NCBI GenBank assembly: GCA_964467345.1
Contig: CAYXPY010000001.1
Location: forward strand, 82,986 to 146,985
Length of the DNA stretch: 64,000 nucleotides
Source: an uncultured Thermoplasmatales archaeon
GTDB taxonomy: Archaea > Thermoplasmatota > E2 > DHVEG-1
Reading direction: 5' to 3'
Below, piece after piece: positions 9,826 through 20,116 of the stretch. Under the pieces are notes generated by a model, which was not told the origin of the DNA, made no database searches, and saw nothing but the letters and a program-made list of their open reading frames with translations. The position numbers were made by a program, and so were the translations under genes. Position 1 is the first letter of the stretch; each line of letters begins with the position of its first letter.

Positions 9826-10714
9826 CCGCGAATGAGAGTGCAAACGTAAAATAGGTGGCATACATCAATATCCACGAGGATGTGTTTTCATATCTTTCAT
9901 TTTTGTGGTTGTTCAGCATTAGCCATCCAATAATGATGCTTAAAATACTAAGAAACGAAAGAGGTATGATTTCTGCAGGAATCATATGGAAATGTACCAA
10001 GGGAAGAATCAAGAAAAATGCACCAATCATGAAGAGAAGAGAAAAAAAAGAAGCGCTTTTTAAACCAAACACATTAACCAAGGTTTTAGTTCCTACCGTT
10101 TTATCTGCCTCAGCGTCTAATATGTCCTTTGTGGTTGTACCACCAAAAAGGAATAAAGCTGCAACACAACCGATCGAGAGTGGAAGGATGTCGAAGGGAT
10201 TTCCAAAAACACTCCAGGAAGCGATGATACCGAAGAAACCTCTTGGAATCGCAACCCATAGTTGATTGAGAAACAAGAATTTTTTCATGCGTGGTTTAAT
10301 CGAATACGTAATCGAAAAAAACGCAATAACTGAGATAAAAACAGCGAAGTGGATATTGACAACGCATGACAGAAGGATCGCTACTACATACAAGAACAGA
10401 GAAAATCTGTATGCTTCCTTTGGCGAGACGATTCCCTGCGGAATAGGACGATACGGTTTCGAAAGAGCATCTTCTTTCCAATCTGTTGCTTGATTTAATA
10501 CATTAGAGGCACCATTGAGGAGTGCAAAGCATATACTTGCAGAAAGAATCACCCAAAGGATTGATACAAGAGGAAGATTGGTAACCCCCGAATAAACAAG
10601 GCTGGCAACAATGACGCTGCTGGACACAATCAGCGGTGCCAAAAGGGTAAATGGTCTGAGAAGTTTTAAGTAAACACGTATGTTATGATCCACAACCTCA
10701 CCACAACCAATCAT
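9800..10714 (-). CDS. UbiA-family prenyltransferase, paralog B. Close paralog of 5533..6498.
   Basis: LKLLRPFTLLAP. Motifs NQATDWKEDALSKPYRPIPQG and KDILDAEADKTVGTKT. ATG start at 10714. Convergent with the large exported protein, overlapping it by 26 nt. Confidence 0.8.
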   Translation of the reverse strand: MIGCGEVVDHNIRVYLKLLRPFTLLAPLIVSSSVIVASLVYSGVTNLPLVSILWVILSASICFALLNGASNVLNQATDWKEDALSKPYRPIPQGIVSPKEAYRFSLFLYVVAILLSCVVNIHFAVFISVIAFFSITYSIKPRMKKFLFLNQLWVAIPRGFFGIIASWSVFGNPFDILPLSIGCVAALFLFGGTTTKDILDAEADKTVGTKTLVNVFGLKSASFFSLLFMIGAFFLILPLVHFHMIPAEIIPLSFLSILSIIIGWLMLNNHKNERYENTSSWILMYATYFTFALSFAVIIIFSSV

Positions 10715-10794
10715 ACTAGTACTCTGCTACATTTTTTTATTTAAATATATCTTTACAGTTCTTATCAAAAAAGGGGGTTTTTATAATAAAAGAC

Positions 10795-11295
10795 TTAACT
10801 AGACAAGCGTTTTAGACGATTGACACCGTCAATATCATATATGATTTTTTTAACCATAGAAGGCACCAATTCTTCCCATGGCTCATCATTAAGAATACGT
10901 CTGCGTATCTCCTTTCCAGAATATTCTTTTCTGTTAAAATAAACAGTCCCTTTTACCAGATATCCTTTTTGGGAGAATAATTTTTTTGTAAGGGGGTTAT
11001 TGGCGATAACGATATCAAAATCTGAGACGATGGAACATACGTGATCAACCCAGAGGGGGGGATTGTGAATATCAGGGATGGGCACAATCCGATAGTGGCT
11101 GACTCCATCGGCAGCTAACGACTGGGCAATCATTTGTCGTCGTTCAGCCTCAGAGAATGGATTCTCAGCTGTATCATGATATTGAGACGACCCGATGCCG
11201 ATTATGATCATCTCATAGCGTTGACTCAACCGCTTCAGTATCGAGAGGTGCCCCAGATGGAAGGGTTGAAAACGTCCGATAAATAACGCTCTCAT
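10795..11295 (-). CDS. nadM: Nicotinamide-nucleotide adenylyltransferase (archaeal NMNAT).
   Basis: MRALFIGRFQPFHLGHLSILKRL is the (H/T)xGH nucleotidyltransferase motif of archaeal NMNAT. Length is about 166 aa. Confidence 0.85.
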   Translation of the reverse strand: MRALFIGRFQPFHLGHLSILKRLSQRYEMIIIGIGSSQYHDTAENPFSEAERRQMIAQSLAADGVSHYRIVPIPDIHNPPLWVDHVCSIVSDFDIVIANNPLTKKLFSQKGYLVKGTVYFNRKEYSGKEIRRRILNDEPWEELVPSMVKKIIYDIDGVNRLKRLSS

Positions 11296-11373
11296 TTCAA
11301 ATCTACAGCCCTAAAGGAATAGTACTCTTTCTTTTTTTCAAATAATCTGAGTGAAGATGCAGGTTTGTGTAAT

Positions 11374-13398
11374 TTATCGTTCATCGCTACGAAGGGTGGT
11401 CTTTTGCGTCTTACGCTCTGATTCGAGTTCTACTTTCCCAATGATTTTAGGAGGGCGCATTTCTTTTAATTTTCGCAAAAGCTCTTCTTTCCCAGTTCCT
11501 ACCAGTGCATTTTGAAGAACATCGGTCAACGTTTCAACAGGGATAATTTCAATAATTGTTTTGTATTTATCCTCGATTAACACATCATTGAGATTTGCTT
11601 TCGGTATAAGTACGGTCTTGACTCCTGCCTCTGCAGCAGCCTCAATTTTTGCTGTCACACCACCGATTGGTAACACAGTTCCTCGGATGCTTATCGAACC
11701 TGTCATCGCGACATCCTGCCGCACTGGGACATTCTCCATAGCGGAAATGACAGCTGTTATCAGAGAAATGCTTGCTGAGTCGCCTTCTACACCTTCGTAG
11801 GTACCGATGAACTGGATGTGTATATCGTGTTTGGAGATATCTCGTCCCATATATTTTTTAATAATCGCAGAAATATTCTGAACCGATTCTTTCGCAATAT
11901 CACCAAGTTTGCCTGTGGCAATGACTTTTCCCTCTGATTGTGACCCTGCAGGTGTGACTTCTGCGACGATGGGCAGGACCAATCCGGAGAATTCACTCAT
12001 TGATGGATCAGCAGAATGGACTGCAAGTCCATTGACAACACCGACCTCTTCACCTAACGTTCTAAAGGACCGATAGCTCTTTTGCGATTCCAACGCCCTG
12101 TCTGCTACCTGCTGTTCTAGGGATCGTGCGATACGTTTTGCTTCAATGACATGATTCGGTGTGATGATTGTGTCGGCACGTTCATACGCAATATCTCCAG
12201 CCACTCGGATCAAACCACCAAGTTCACGTAATCGAAGTGATAGTTTTCCTTTCCGACCTGCCCGGCGTTGTGCTTCGTGAATGACCTCTGCGACTGCTTC
12301 TTTGGTAAAATGATGGATTTTCCCATCTTTCTTTACCTCTTGGGCGACAAATCGTATGAGTTTTTCCCGATTTTCATGGGTGTCTTCCATCACACTGTTC
12401 AGATAGCTTTCGTACCCATATCCTCGTATTCGAGATCGTAGTGCAGGATGCATACCATTTAAAGCATCAAGGTTCCCTGCGGAAACAAGAATAAAGTCAC
12501 AGGGAGCAGGCTCTGTTTTTACCATCGCACCAAAACTTCGCTCCGATTGTCCCGTAATTTGAAATTTTTTCTCCTGGATAGCGGTTAATAAATGTTGCTG
12601 TGAGGGTAACCCTAATGTGTTTATCTCATCGATATAGAGGACTCCTTTATGTGCGCGGTGAATAGCCCCCGCTTCGACAAGCTGATGTGGAGGTGTTTCC
12701 AAACCAGCTGACTGGAAGGGATCGTGACGCACATCTCCGAGTAATGCACCGGAATGTGCAGCGGTTGCATCAATAAATGGAGGGACATCATTTTTCTCAT
12801 GCGACACTAACAGTTTTGGAATCATTTGTAATTCTCTCCTCTGAGAAAATCCACCTCTTGCCACTATAAGATAAACCATGACGGCAGCAATGACCCCGAA
12901 AATTGCGTATTCGAATCGTTCTGTGACTATCGCTCCTATAAGAGACAGGGTTACTATTAATAAAACAATACCAAGAATCATGCTGTTTTGTTGTTCTACC
13001 TTTCTTTTTGCATCATCCCGTTGTGCTCGAATGATTTCTTGAGCTTTTCCTGCGGGGACGACACGTATTGTTGGGGTATTTGTGTCTTCGCTGTTTGGAT
13101 AGACAATTATATCTTCGAGTTCTCCTTTGGGTAAGAACTCAGTCATAGCACGAGCAACCATTGATTTCCCGGTCCCTGGGTCGCCAATAAGCATCACGTG
13201 TCGTTTCTGTTCGGCTGCCTTCTTGACGATAGCGACGGTTTGGTCTTGACCTATGACTTGATCAAGGAGGCTCTCGGGTACTTTGATGTCCTCAGTGGTA
13301 TTAAATTTAATATCCTGAATCCATTTATCGATAGGAGGTAACTCCTCTGTTTCTTGTTCATTTTTTTCTAGCGGGATATCTGTCTGTTTTTTAGCCAT
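11374..13398 (-). CDS. lonB: Archaeal membrane-bound ATP-dependent Lon protease (LonB).
   Basis: Walker A GDPGTGKS, a TM insertion within the AAA+ module, and a C-terminal Lon protease domain with the Ser-Lys dyad region. ATG at 13396-13398; the track's upstream TTG adds 2 aa. Confidence 0.9.
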   Translation of the reverse strand: MAKKQTDIPLEKNEQETEELPPIDKWIQDIKFNTTEDIKVPESLLDQVIGQDQTVAIVKKAAEQKRHVMLIGDPGTGKSMVARAMTEFLPKGELEDIIVYPNSEDTNTPTIRVVPAGKAQEIIRAQRDDAKRKVEQQNSMILGIVLLIVTLSLIGAIVTERFEYAIFGVIAAVMVYLIVARGGFSQRRELQMIPKLLVSHEKNDVPPFIDATAAHSGALLGDVRHDPFQSAGLETPPHQLVEAGAIHRAHKGVLYIDEINTLGLPSQQHLLTAIQEKKFQITGQSERSFGAMVKTEPAPCDFILVSAGNLDALNGMHPALRSRIRGYGYESYLNSVMEDTHENREKLIRFVAQEVKKDGKIHHFTKEAVAEVIHEAQRRAGRKGKLSLRLRELGGLIRVAGDIAYERADTIITPNHVIEAKRIARSLEQQVADRALESQKSYRSFRTLGEEVGVVNGLAVHSADPSMSEFSGLVLPIVAEVTPAGSQSEGKVIATGKLGDIAKESVQNISAIIKKYMGRDISKHDIHIQFIGTYEGVEGDSASISLITAVISAMENVPVRQDVAMTGSISIRGTVLPIGGVTAKIEAAAEAGVKTVLIPKANLNDVLIEDKYKTIIEIIPVETLTDVLQNALVGTGKEELLRKLKEMRPPKIIGKVELESERKTQKTTLRSDER

Positions 13399-13514
13399 GG
13401 TCAAAACACCTATTTACGAGCGTCTGGTTTCGCATCCTCTTTTAAGACCCATCGACATATACACATGACGTATTTCAATTTTTTTCTTACCTGTAAAATG
13501 TATCGCCGTTGGCT

Positions 13515-13528
13515 TTATAATATAATAG
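13515..13528 (+). promoter_or_regulatory. TATA-box-like element TTTATAATATAATA, about 26 nt upstream of the bactofilin-like gene ATG. A leaderless transcript is likely.
   Basis: AT-rich box in the divergent lonB/bactofilin intergenic region, at the archaeal -26 spacing relative to the ATG at 13546. Confidence 0.3.
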
Positions 13529-13545
13529 CTCATATGGTTTGAATA

Positions 13546-14469
13546 ATGGCTTTTGACAGAAAAACGCTTGTCGTTCCAGATAAAACCTCTTTTGAGGAGG
13601 ATGTCATCTCGACGAAGGGCGATGTCGTCATTGGTGATCGTTCACTAGTACGTTTTGGAGTGAATACCGATGGTCGCATTTTTGTTGGTGAACATGCGAT
13701 TATTGATGGTACTCTTGATTCGCCTCTTGATATTCGAGTAGATATCTTTTCATCAATAGGCGGCGATATCCGGAGTGGAGGGAACGTCTATTTAGGAGAG
13801 AAAACAAGAATTAAAGGGTCGCTTTCACTCAAAGGAGATCTGGATGTTGGTGATAGCGTTGAAATTGAGAAAGGATTCGAAGCAAAAGGATGGATCAATA
13901 TTAGAAACCCCGTCCCTATTGTTATATATATATTTGTATATCTAATGCAGTTGTTGAAATTGGGAAGAAGCGAAGAAATCGAACGGATACTTGAAGAATT
14001 GGAACAAAACGATGGAGACACCATACCAATATCCGAATCATTCCTTTTTTTACCAAATAACTCAATCATTAGCACATCCAGTTCAAAAGTCGAAGGAAAT
14101 CTACAGATTGGAAAAGAATGCAAATTATTAGGAAATTACGATGTGAAAGGAAATGTCTCAGTCAACGAGAAATCGGAAATCTTTGGTGCAATAAAATCCA
14201 CAGGAAACATATTTATCGGCAAAAAGGTAAAAATCCATGGAAATATTACCTCTACAGCGTTGGTGAATATCACAGACCAAGCACATATCATCGGTGACAT
14301 CGATGCAGAGGAAATTTTGCTATCAAAAACCGCTTCAATACAAGGAACAATACTAGCAAAGAAAGGCACCTCATTTGTCGATGTTGCAAAAGAAATGGCA
14401 TCTGAAAAGATTACCCGCTTTGACAATGATGTTGACATGGTTGATGAAGTAAAAGAAATGTTGGAGTAG
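13546..14469 (+). CDS. Bactofilin-like (CcmA/DUF583 polymer-forming cytoskeletal) protein with two beta-helical repeat regions and a central hydrophobic segment.
   Basis: Repetitive G-x-V/I-x-G beta-solenoid motifs, for example VVIGDRSLVRFGVNTDGRIFVGEHAIIDG and VEGNLQIGKECKLLGNYDVKGNVSVNEKSEIFG. Hydrophobic stretch PIVIYIFVYLMQLL. Confidence 0.6.
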   Translation: MAFDRKTLVVPDKTSFEEDVISTKGDVVIGDRSLVRFGVNTDGRIFVGEHAIIDGTLDSPLDIRVDIFSSIGGDIRSGGNVYLGEKTRIKGSLSLKGDLDVGDSVEIEKGFEAKGWINIRNPVPIVIYIFVYLMQLLKLGRSEEIERILEELEQNDGDTIPISESFLFLPNNSIISTSSSKVEGNLQIGKECKLLGNYDVKGNVSVNEKSEIFGAIKSTGNIFIGKKVKIHGNITSTALVNITDQAHIIGDIDAEEILLSKTASIQGTILAKKGTSFVDVAKEMASEKITRFDNDVDMVDEVKEMLE

Positions 14470-14475
14470 AAAAAA

Positions 14476-15669
14476 ATGCAACTTGGTATAGTTGGAAAAC
14501 CAAATGTTGGAAAATCTACTTTTTTCAACGCAGCTACCAAAGCGCATGCCGAGATAGCAAATTACCCTTTTACAACCATCGAGGCCAACCGTGGTGTCAT
14601 GTACATCCGCAAACCATGCCCCTGCAGAGACGCTCATGTTACCTGCACGCCTCATAACTCACGATGTATCGATGGGATACGATTCGTCCCCATCGAGGCG
14701 ATAGATGTCGCTGGACTTGTCCCTGATGCCCATAAAGGGAAAGGATTGGGAAACAAATTTCTTGATGATCTTCGACAAGCACACGCCTTAATCCATATTG
14801 TCGATGCCTCAGGAAGCACGGATGCAGAAGGAAACCCCTGTAATGTTGGGACCCACGACCCTCTCTCAGATGTCGCATTTCTTGAAAAAGAAATCAATTA
14901 TTGGCTCTTTGGTATCATAAAGAAAAGTTGGGAAGTCATCGCACGAAAATGCGAACTTGAAGGGAAAAAAATTGAAAAAATGCTTGCAGAACAGCTCACC
15001 GGTCTTGGGATAAAGGAAGAACATATCACCGGAGCTATCAGAAAAATCAATCTTGATAACGCAAGACCATCCCAATGGAAAGACGAACAGATTATCAAAC
15101 TCACGGATTATGTTCGTATCATAAGTAAACCAATTATTATCGCGTTTAACAAATGCGACAAAGCACCAGAAGCACTTATGGAAAAAAGAAACGAACTGAC
15201 AAACTATATTGTTATCCCCTGCAGTGCAGAAAGCGAGTTAGCTTTAAATAACGCATCAGAAAAAGGAATTATCTCATATACACCCGGTTCAAATGATTTC
15301 TCGATTCTTAAGAAAGAAGAACTGACTGAAAATCAACTCAAAGCATTGGAGTACATCAAAACACATGTCCTTGCAAAATATGGTTCGACAGGTGTACAAA
15401 AATGTATCGACGAAGCAGTACGCATGCTTGACCTCATTGTCGTTTATCCTGTTGAAGACGAACATCATCTGACTGATAAAGAAGGACGCGTGCTTCCTGA
15501 TGCGCACCTCATCCCACGAGGATCAACCGCAAAAGACCTTGCTTATAAAGTCCATACAGACCTCGGCGACCATTTTATCAGGGGTATCGACGCACGAACC
15601 CATCGGGTCATCGGGGCGGACCATCAGCTGAAAGACGGGGATATTATCAGCATCATCGCAGATGGGTAA
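14476..15669 (+). CDS. Obg/YchF(OLA1)-type GTPase, archaeal Ygr210-like, with a C-terminal TGS domain and a Cys-rich insert.
   Basis: G1 motif GIVGKPNVGKST. Cys insert CPCRDAHVTCTPHNSRC. C-terminal TGS-like region. Six-nt gap from the upstream gene suggests co-transcription. Confidence 0.8.
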   Translation: MQLGIVGKPNVGKSTFFNAATKAHAEIANYPFTTIEANRGVMYIRKPCPCRDAHVTCTPHNSRCIDGIRFVPIEAIDVAGLVPDAHKGKGLGNKFLDDLRQAHALIHIVDASGSTDAEGNPCNVGTHDPLSDVAFLEKEINYWLFGIIKKSWEVIARKCELEGKKIEKMLAEQLTGLGIKEEHITGAIRKINLDNARPSQWKDEQIIKLTDYVRIISKPIIIAFNKCDKAPEALMEKRNELTNYIVIPCSAESELALNNASEKGIISYTPGSNDFSILKKEELTENQLKALEYIKTHVLAKYGSTGVQKCIDEAVRMLDLIVVYPVEDEHHLTDKEGRVLPDAHLIPRGSTAKDLAYKVHTDLGDHFIRGIDARTHRVIGADHQLKDGDIISIIADG

Positions 15670-15970
15670 ACATCGCAAGCGGATACTTCGCCGAACATGT
15701 AGGTGCATATAGAGCTGCACGGTGAAGGGATAACGAGCTGCCCTGTAGATGCATAGGTATCTACAAAACAGCCTTTTATAGTCCGGTCTTGTTGCTTTTT
15801 TGGGATCACTAAAAAAATATTCTTCACTAGGAGGAAGAACGGTGTCGATAAGAAAAATTAGCAATAAAAGTCTATCGCGAAATTTGAAAACAAGAAAAGC
15901 GCCATTACGGGTGCTTCCCTTAGCCACCTTTAATTCTAGACACCATATAAAACAAAAAAGAAACAAAAAA

Positions 15971-16351
15971 ATGATGGAGGAATACGAATCTCAATCCATT
16001 CCCCCATCAACAATGCAAAACAAACTTCAAAAAGTCATTCGATCGACAGGGAACAGTCTTAAAAACACCGCGAAAAAAGCACCACTTACCATTAAACCAT
16101 TGATCAGTTTCCATTTCAAAATGAATCCTTTACGATGGATCTTGATACTTATCTTTGTCTATCTTGCTGCGGGAACCGGTATTGTGATGATCCAGGACGG
16201 GACCGAATCGCTAAAAACCATCGTCATCTATAGTATTATGGGATTTTTCACGTTCTTTATGGGCTATCTCGGTTGGATCCTTGCCCGTGATGTTCTCATG
16301 ATAGTCTTTGGAAAGAAACATGCTCGAAATGAGCTTGAAATTGAGACATAA
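15971..16351 (+). CDS. Hypothetical small membrane protein.
   Basis: ORF track 15800..16351. Internal ATG at 15971 (MMEEYES) is preferred because the upstream part is basic and low-complexity. Two predicted TM helices. Confidence 0.35.
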   Translation: MMEEYESQSIPPSTMQNKLQKVIRSTGNSLKNTAKKAPLTIKPLISFHFKMNPLRWILILIFVYLAAGTGIVMIQDGTESLKTIVIYSIMGFFTFFMGYLGWILARDVLMIVFGKKHARNELEIET

Positions 16352-16413
16352 ACATTGTCTCATCCTCTATCCTTTTATATCATTCTTTTTATTGTCCTGT
16401 TGAGGTATCCTAC

Positions 16414-17244
16414 GTGATCTTCTTTGATAACCATCTTCATCTTCGACGAGACGGGAGATTTCTTGACGCTATAAAAGAATTCCAAAACGCTGGTGGAACC
16501 CATTTCTGCCTGTGCCAATATCCGATGACAGCAATCGTCTTAAAAGAGAAAAGTTACCTATCGTGCTATGAAGAAACATTGCGTATGGCTGAAGAAATAC
16601 AAACAGCGATCAAGGTCGGTGTTTTTGTCGTTGTCGGTCCATACCCCGTCGACCTTCTTACATTACAGGAAACGTTCGGGAGAGAAGCAGCTATCTCGAT
16701 TATGAAAAAAGGGATGGATGACGCAGCAGCCCTTTGTGAAGAAAAAAAATGCATTGCTATCGGTGAGATAGGACGACCCCATTTTCCCGTAAACCAGCAA
16801 CTCATCCAAGACTCAAACGACATCCTAGTATATGGGATGCAGAAAGCAAAAGACGTTGGTGTACCGGTCGTGTTACATACGGAAACTACCACACCTTCGC
16901 AATGCAAAGAATTGGTTGAAATGGGAAAAAAAGTTGGTTTAAAACCAGAAAAAATAATCAAACATTTTGCACCACCGCTCATCAACTCCACTGAAAATTA
17001 TGGATTGATTCCATCGGTCCTTGCCAGCAGAAAAAATATAATCGAGGCGATCGGAAAAGGAACCCGGTTTCTTATGGAGACAGACTACATCGACGATCTC
17101 CGACGCCCTGGGGCAGTCCTTGCCCCAAAATCAGTGCCAAAACTGACAAAAAGGCTTATCGAAGAACAAATCATGTCAGAACAACAAGCATATACGATTC
17201 ATGTCACAAATCCTCAGAACATCTATGGAATGGAGATAGAATAA
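16414..17244 (+). CDS. TatD-related metal-dependent hydrolase (COG1099-like).
   Basis: N-terminal (V/M)IFFDNHLHL His motif typical of the TatD/amidohydrolase fold. GTG start at 16414. Confidence 0.6.
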   Translation: MIFFDNHLHLRRDGRFLDAIKEFQNAGGTHFCLCQYPMTAIVLKEKSYLSCYEETLRMAEEIQTAIKVGVFVVVGPYPVDLLTLQETFGREAAISIMKKGMDDAAALCEEKKCIAIGEIGRPHFPVNQQLIQDSNDILVYGMQKAKDVGVPVVLHTETTTPSQCKELVEMGKKVGLKPEKIIKHFAPPLINSTENYGLIPSVLASRKNIIEAIGKGTRFLMETDYIDDLRRPGAVLAPKSVPKLTKRLIEEQIMSEQQAYTIHVTNPQNIYGMEIE

Positions 17245-17308
17245 CATTTCCGATAATCAAACCTATAAAGAGGTAAATGATGTATTGATACACATCAGAG
17301 GACGTTGC

Positions 17309-17863
17309 ATGTCAATCTTTAGAGGTTTTATCGCAATAGATATTACCGCCACCCCGGCCTTACTGGGATTTGTAAAAGAAATAAGCAAGACAGGAGCGGA
17401 TGTGAAACTCGTCGAACCAGAAAACATCCATATCACGATAAAGTTCCTTGGTGACACTGATGAAAAATATATCGATGCCATCGAAATGAGCATCAAAGAA
17501 TCGGTCAAGGACATCTCACCATTTCCAATCACGCTCAAAGGAACAGGCGTCTTTCCAAATGACAAGTACATAAAAGTCCTATGGGTGGGTATCACTAATA
17601 CCAGCGAAATAGAAACAATAGCCCGTTCCATTGACACCTCGCTGGCTGCATTGGGATTCAAAAAGGAACAAAAAGGGTTTTCCGCCCATCTGACGGTGGG
17701 TCGTGTCAAAACAGCCAGGAAGAAAGATCAACTTCTCAGTGTCATAGAACGTTTCAACAACGAAGAATTCACTACTCAAGAGGTCCGTTCGATTGTGCTG
17801 AAGAAAAGCGACCTTACCCCGAAAGGACCGATTTATTCCACAATACGAGAAATACACCTATGA
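17309..17863 (+). CDS. thpR: RNA 2',3'-cyclic phosphodiesterase (2H phosphoesterase, ThpR/LigT).
   Basis: Two H-x-T/S-x motifs (HITIKF and HLTVGR) at the appropriate spacing. About 184 aa. Confidence 0.8.
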   Translation: MSIFRGFIAIDITATPALLGFVKEISKTGADVKLVEPENIHITIKFLGDTDEKYIDAIEMSIKESVKDISPFPITLKGTGVFPNDKYIKVLWVGITNTSEIETIARSIDTSLAALGFKKEQKGFSAHLTVGRVKTARKKDQLLSVIERFNNEEFTTQEVRSIVLKKSDLTPKGPIYSTIREIHL

Positions 17864-17893
17864 GATGGCGGTGAAACCATAGAACCTTGGTTT

Positions 17894-18655
17894 TTGATTT
17901 TAGCGACTCTGAACATCCTTCTGTTTGTCACCTCTGTAGTATTTATCATTCCAAAGATCACCTGGAAAAAAACGGTCCAGAACTATAAAAAAATACTCTC
18001 ATCTCATATCACCCCGCTGCTGCTCATCATTCTAGTGGTTCTTGTTCATCTCCTGGAAGTTAACATTATCGATCCCTTTACGACCTCGCTCATCGGCCAA
18101 GACTTCACAGCAGCTATAGAATCCATCGAAAACGGGGTGGTGTACTGGTTCTCCCAACATTGGACACCGATGCTTTTGTATTTTTTTGTCTTCATTTACA
18201 TCGGCTTGTACCCATTTCTACTCTGGTTTTCACTCCTCTATTTCTTACTTACCGATGAAAAAAAAGCGATGAAAACATTTGCCTATTGCCTTATTGGAAT
18301 TTATGTTATTGCGTTGCCATTTTATCTGTTCGTACCAATCACAAACGTCTACACCTATTACGGGGGAACTTCAGCACTAGACGTAGCAATCCCTACAGTA
18401 GAACAGTTTTTTTATACAACGACGACAAACAACAACTGTTTCCCTTCACTACACGTCGCAATGTCACTACTCATCGCAAAAACTGCATCCTTTACCAGGA
18501 ACAAAAGATTCATCTACCTAACCTATCTCTGCGCTATTGGCGTTATCTGCGCAGTTATCTATTTAGCTATTCACTGGATAACTGATGTCATCGGAGGACT
18601 ACTCCTTGTATTTGGGGTATTCGCTCTTGTTCACTACATCACAAAGGAGACATAA
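17894..18655 (+). CDS. PAP2-superfamily-like integral membrane protein.
   Basis: Six hydrophobic helices. C-terminal FPSLHVA and HWITDV resemble PAP2 motifs C2/C3. TTG start. Confidence 0.45.
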   Translation: MILATLNILLFVTSVVFIIPKITWKKTVQNYKKILSSHITPLLLIILVVLVHLLEVNIIDPFTTSLIGQDFTAAIESIENGVVYWFSQHWTPMLLYFFVFIYIGLYPFLLWFSLLYFLLTDEKKAMKTFAYCLIGIYVIALPFYLFVPITNVYTYYGGTSALDVAIPTVEQFFYTTTTNNNCFPSLHVAMSLLIAKTASFTRNKRFIYLTYLCAIGVICAVIYLAIHWITDVIGGLLLVFGVFALVHYITKET

Positions 18656-20014
18656 ATGATCCCTGGATCAAAGCAAACTGAGAACAAAGTCTTAAAAAAA
18701 ATTACACCGACTGCTAAGGAGAAAAAACAGATAGAACATATCATTGAATTACTCAAGCGAAAGGTACACAAAGAAATCATAAAGACAAAGATACCAATAA
18801 AAACGACACTTGTCGGGTCGACTGCGAAAGACACCTACATCCGTACTGCTGTCGACATCGACCTTTTCCTCCTCTTCCCAGCGACGACCCCGCGAGAAAT
18901 ACTACAAGAAAAAGGACTTGCCATTGGTCGTGCGATCCTGGAGGACCAGGAAGAATGCTTCGCAGAACACCCCTATATCCGGGGGACGTTTAAAGGCTAT
19001 AAGACGGAGTTGGTCCCCTGCTATAAAATCGACAATGCATCACAGAAACTCTCCGCGGTTGATCGTACGCCCTTACATACACAATACATAAACAAACACC
19101 TGAAGGAGTCGCAAAAAAGAGAAGTACGACTTTTCAAACAATTTCTCAAGGGTATCGGTTGCTATGGAGCAGAGGCAGAAATCGAAGGATTCTCAGGGTA
19201 TCTATGCGAAATCATGATCGTGAAATATGGGACATTCCAAGAGATAGTGGAAAATGTCGCACGATGGAGGTATGGAGAAAAACTTGCACTGTCTCCGGGG
19301 ACATCCCCTGATTTTACCAGCCCGTTAACTTTCATCGATCCGGTTGATTCTGAAAGGAATGTGGCATCTGCCCTTTCGAAAGAAAAATTTGATGTTTTAC
19401 AAAAGGCTTGTATAGACTATCAAAAACACCCACGCCTGAGCTTTTTCTTCCCTAAAAAACTTAAACCATGGTCGATTGTGACAATAAAAAAAGAGCTTCA
19501 AACGAGAGAAGTCATCGCAGTGAGATTTCCAAAACCAGAGATCATCTCAGAGAATCTGTATCCTCAAATACGAAAGGCACTCAGAGCAATATGTGATCTC
19601 TGCGAACAATATGACTTCATAATCCAAAACGCGACGTTTACTGTAGAACAGAAAAACGTATACATAATCCTTTTTCCAGCAGCAAGTACAATATCAAAAA
19701 CCGTTCTGCATACAGGACCACCGATAAGACTGAAAAAAAATGCAGATGAGTTCATAAATAAATGGCTGGCTCACCCACGTACAACAAAAAAACCTTTTGA
19801 GAAAGAAAAACGATTATATGTCGAAATAGAACGTGAATATACTGATATTGCAACACTTTTACACAGTCAAGTACAACAACTAAGTTTAGGCAAAAATATA
19901 GACGTTATGATTATAAGAAAATTCACAGTGCTCAAGAAAGAAGACTTACTACGAGAGGACCTTCGCGTGTTTTGGACCATGGTTCTTGACCAACGAATGA
20001 GCTGGGAGCGATAA
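18656..20014 (+). CDS. cca: CCA-adding enzyme (archaeal class I tRNA nucleotidyltransferase).
   Basis: VGSTAKDTYIRTAVDIDLFLLFP nucleotidyltransferase motif. Length of about 450 aa is typical of the archaeal CCA enzyme. AGGAGA RBS lies 6 nt before the ATG. Confidence 0.85.
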   Translation: MIPGSKQTENKVLKKITPTAKEKKQIEHIIELLKRKVHKEIIKTKIPIKTTLVGSTAKDTYIRTAVDIDLFLLFPATTPREILQEKGLAIGRAILEDQEECFAEHPYIRGTFKGYKTELVPCYKIDNASQKLSAVDRTPLHTQYINKHLKESQKREVRLFKQFLKGIGCYGAEAEIEGFSGYLCEIMIVKYGTFQEIVENVARWRYGEKLALSPGTSPDFTSPLTFIDPVDSERNVASALSKEKFDVLQKACIDYQKHPRLSFFFPKKLKPWSIVTIKKELQTREVIAVRFPKPEIISENLYPQIRKALRAICDLCEQYDFIIQNATFTVEQKNVYIILFPAASTISKTVLHTGPPIRLKKNADEFINKWLAHPRTTKKPFEKEKRLYVEIEREYTDIATLLHSQVQQLSLGKNIDVMIIRKFTVLKKEDLLREDLRVFWTMVLDQRMSWER

Positions 20015-20092
20015 TAAAGTCGAATTCCTATGATAATTCTTTGTATAGAAAAGAACCGGTATTTTCGTAATCCTTAAATCATAAAAGGAGAT

Positions 20093-20116
20093 ATGCATAT
20101 GCAATTACATATGCAT
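20093..20116. promoter_or_regulatory. 24-bp near-perfect palindrome ATGCATATGCAA/TTACATATGCAT over the annotated start of the beta-helix surface protein gene.
   Basis: One mismatch between the half-sites. An in-frame ATG at 20126 begins a signal peptide, so the palindrome may lie in the 5' leader. Confidence 0.5.

Noticed and set aside
15670-15790. Locally GC-richer intergenic segment with a short GTAGAT...ATCTAC hairpin. Considered as a C/D-box sRNA.
   Set aside because: No recognisable C (RUGAUGA) or D (CUGA) boxes in the right arrangement. Likely the 5' leader or promoter of the downstream membrane-protein gene.
15523-15966. 147-aa minus-strand ORF, antisense to the end of the YchF gene and the following intergenic region.
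   Set aside because: It overlaps a well-supported GTPase gene and the probable promoter of the next gene. No domain features.
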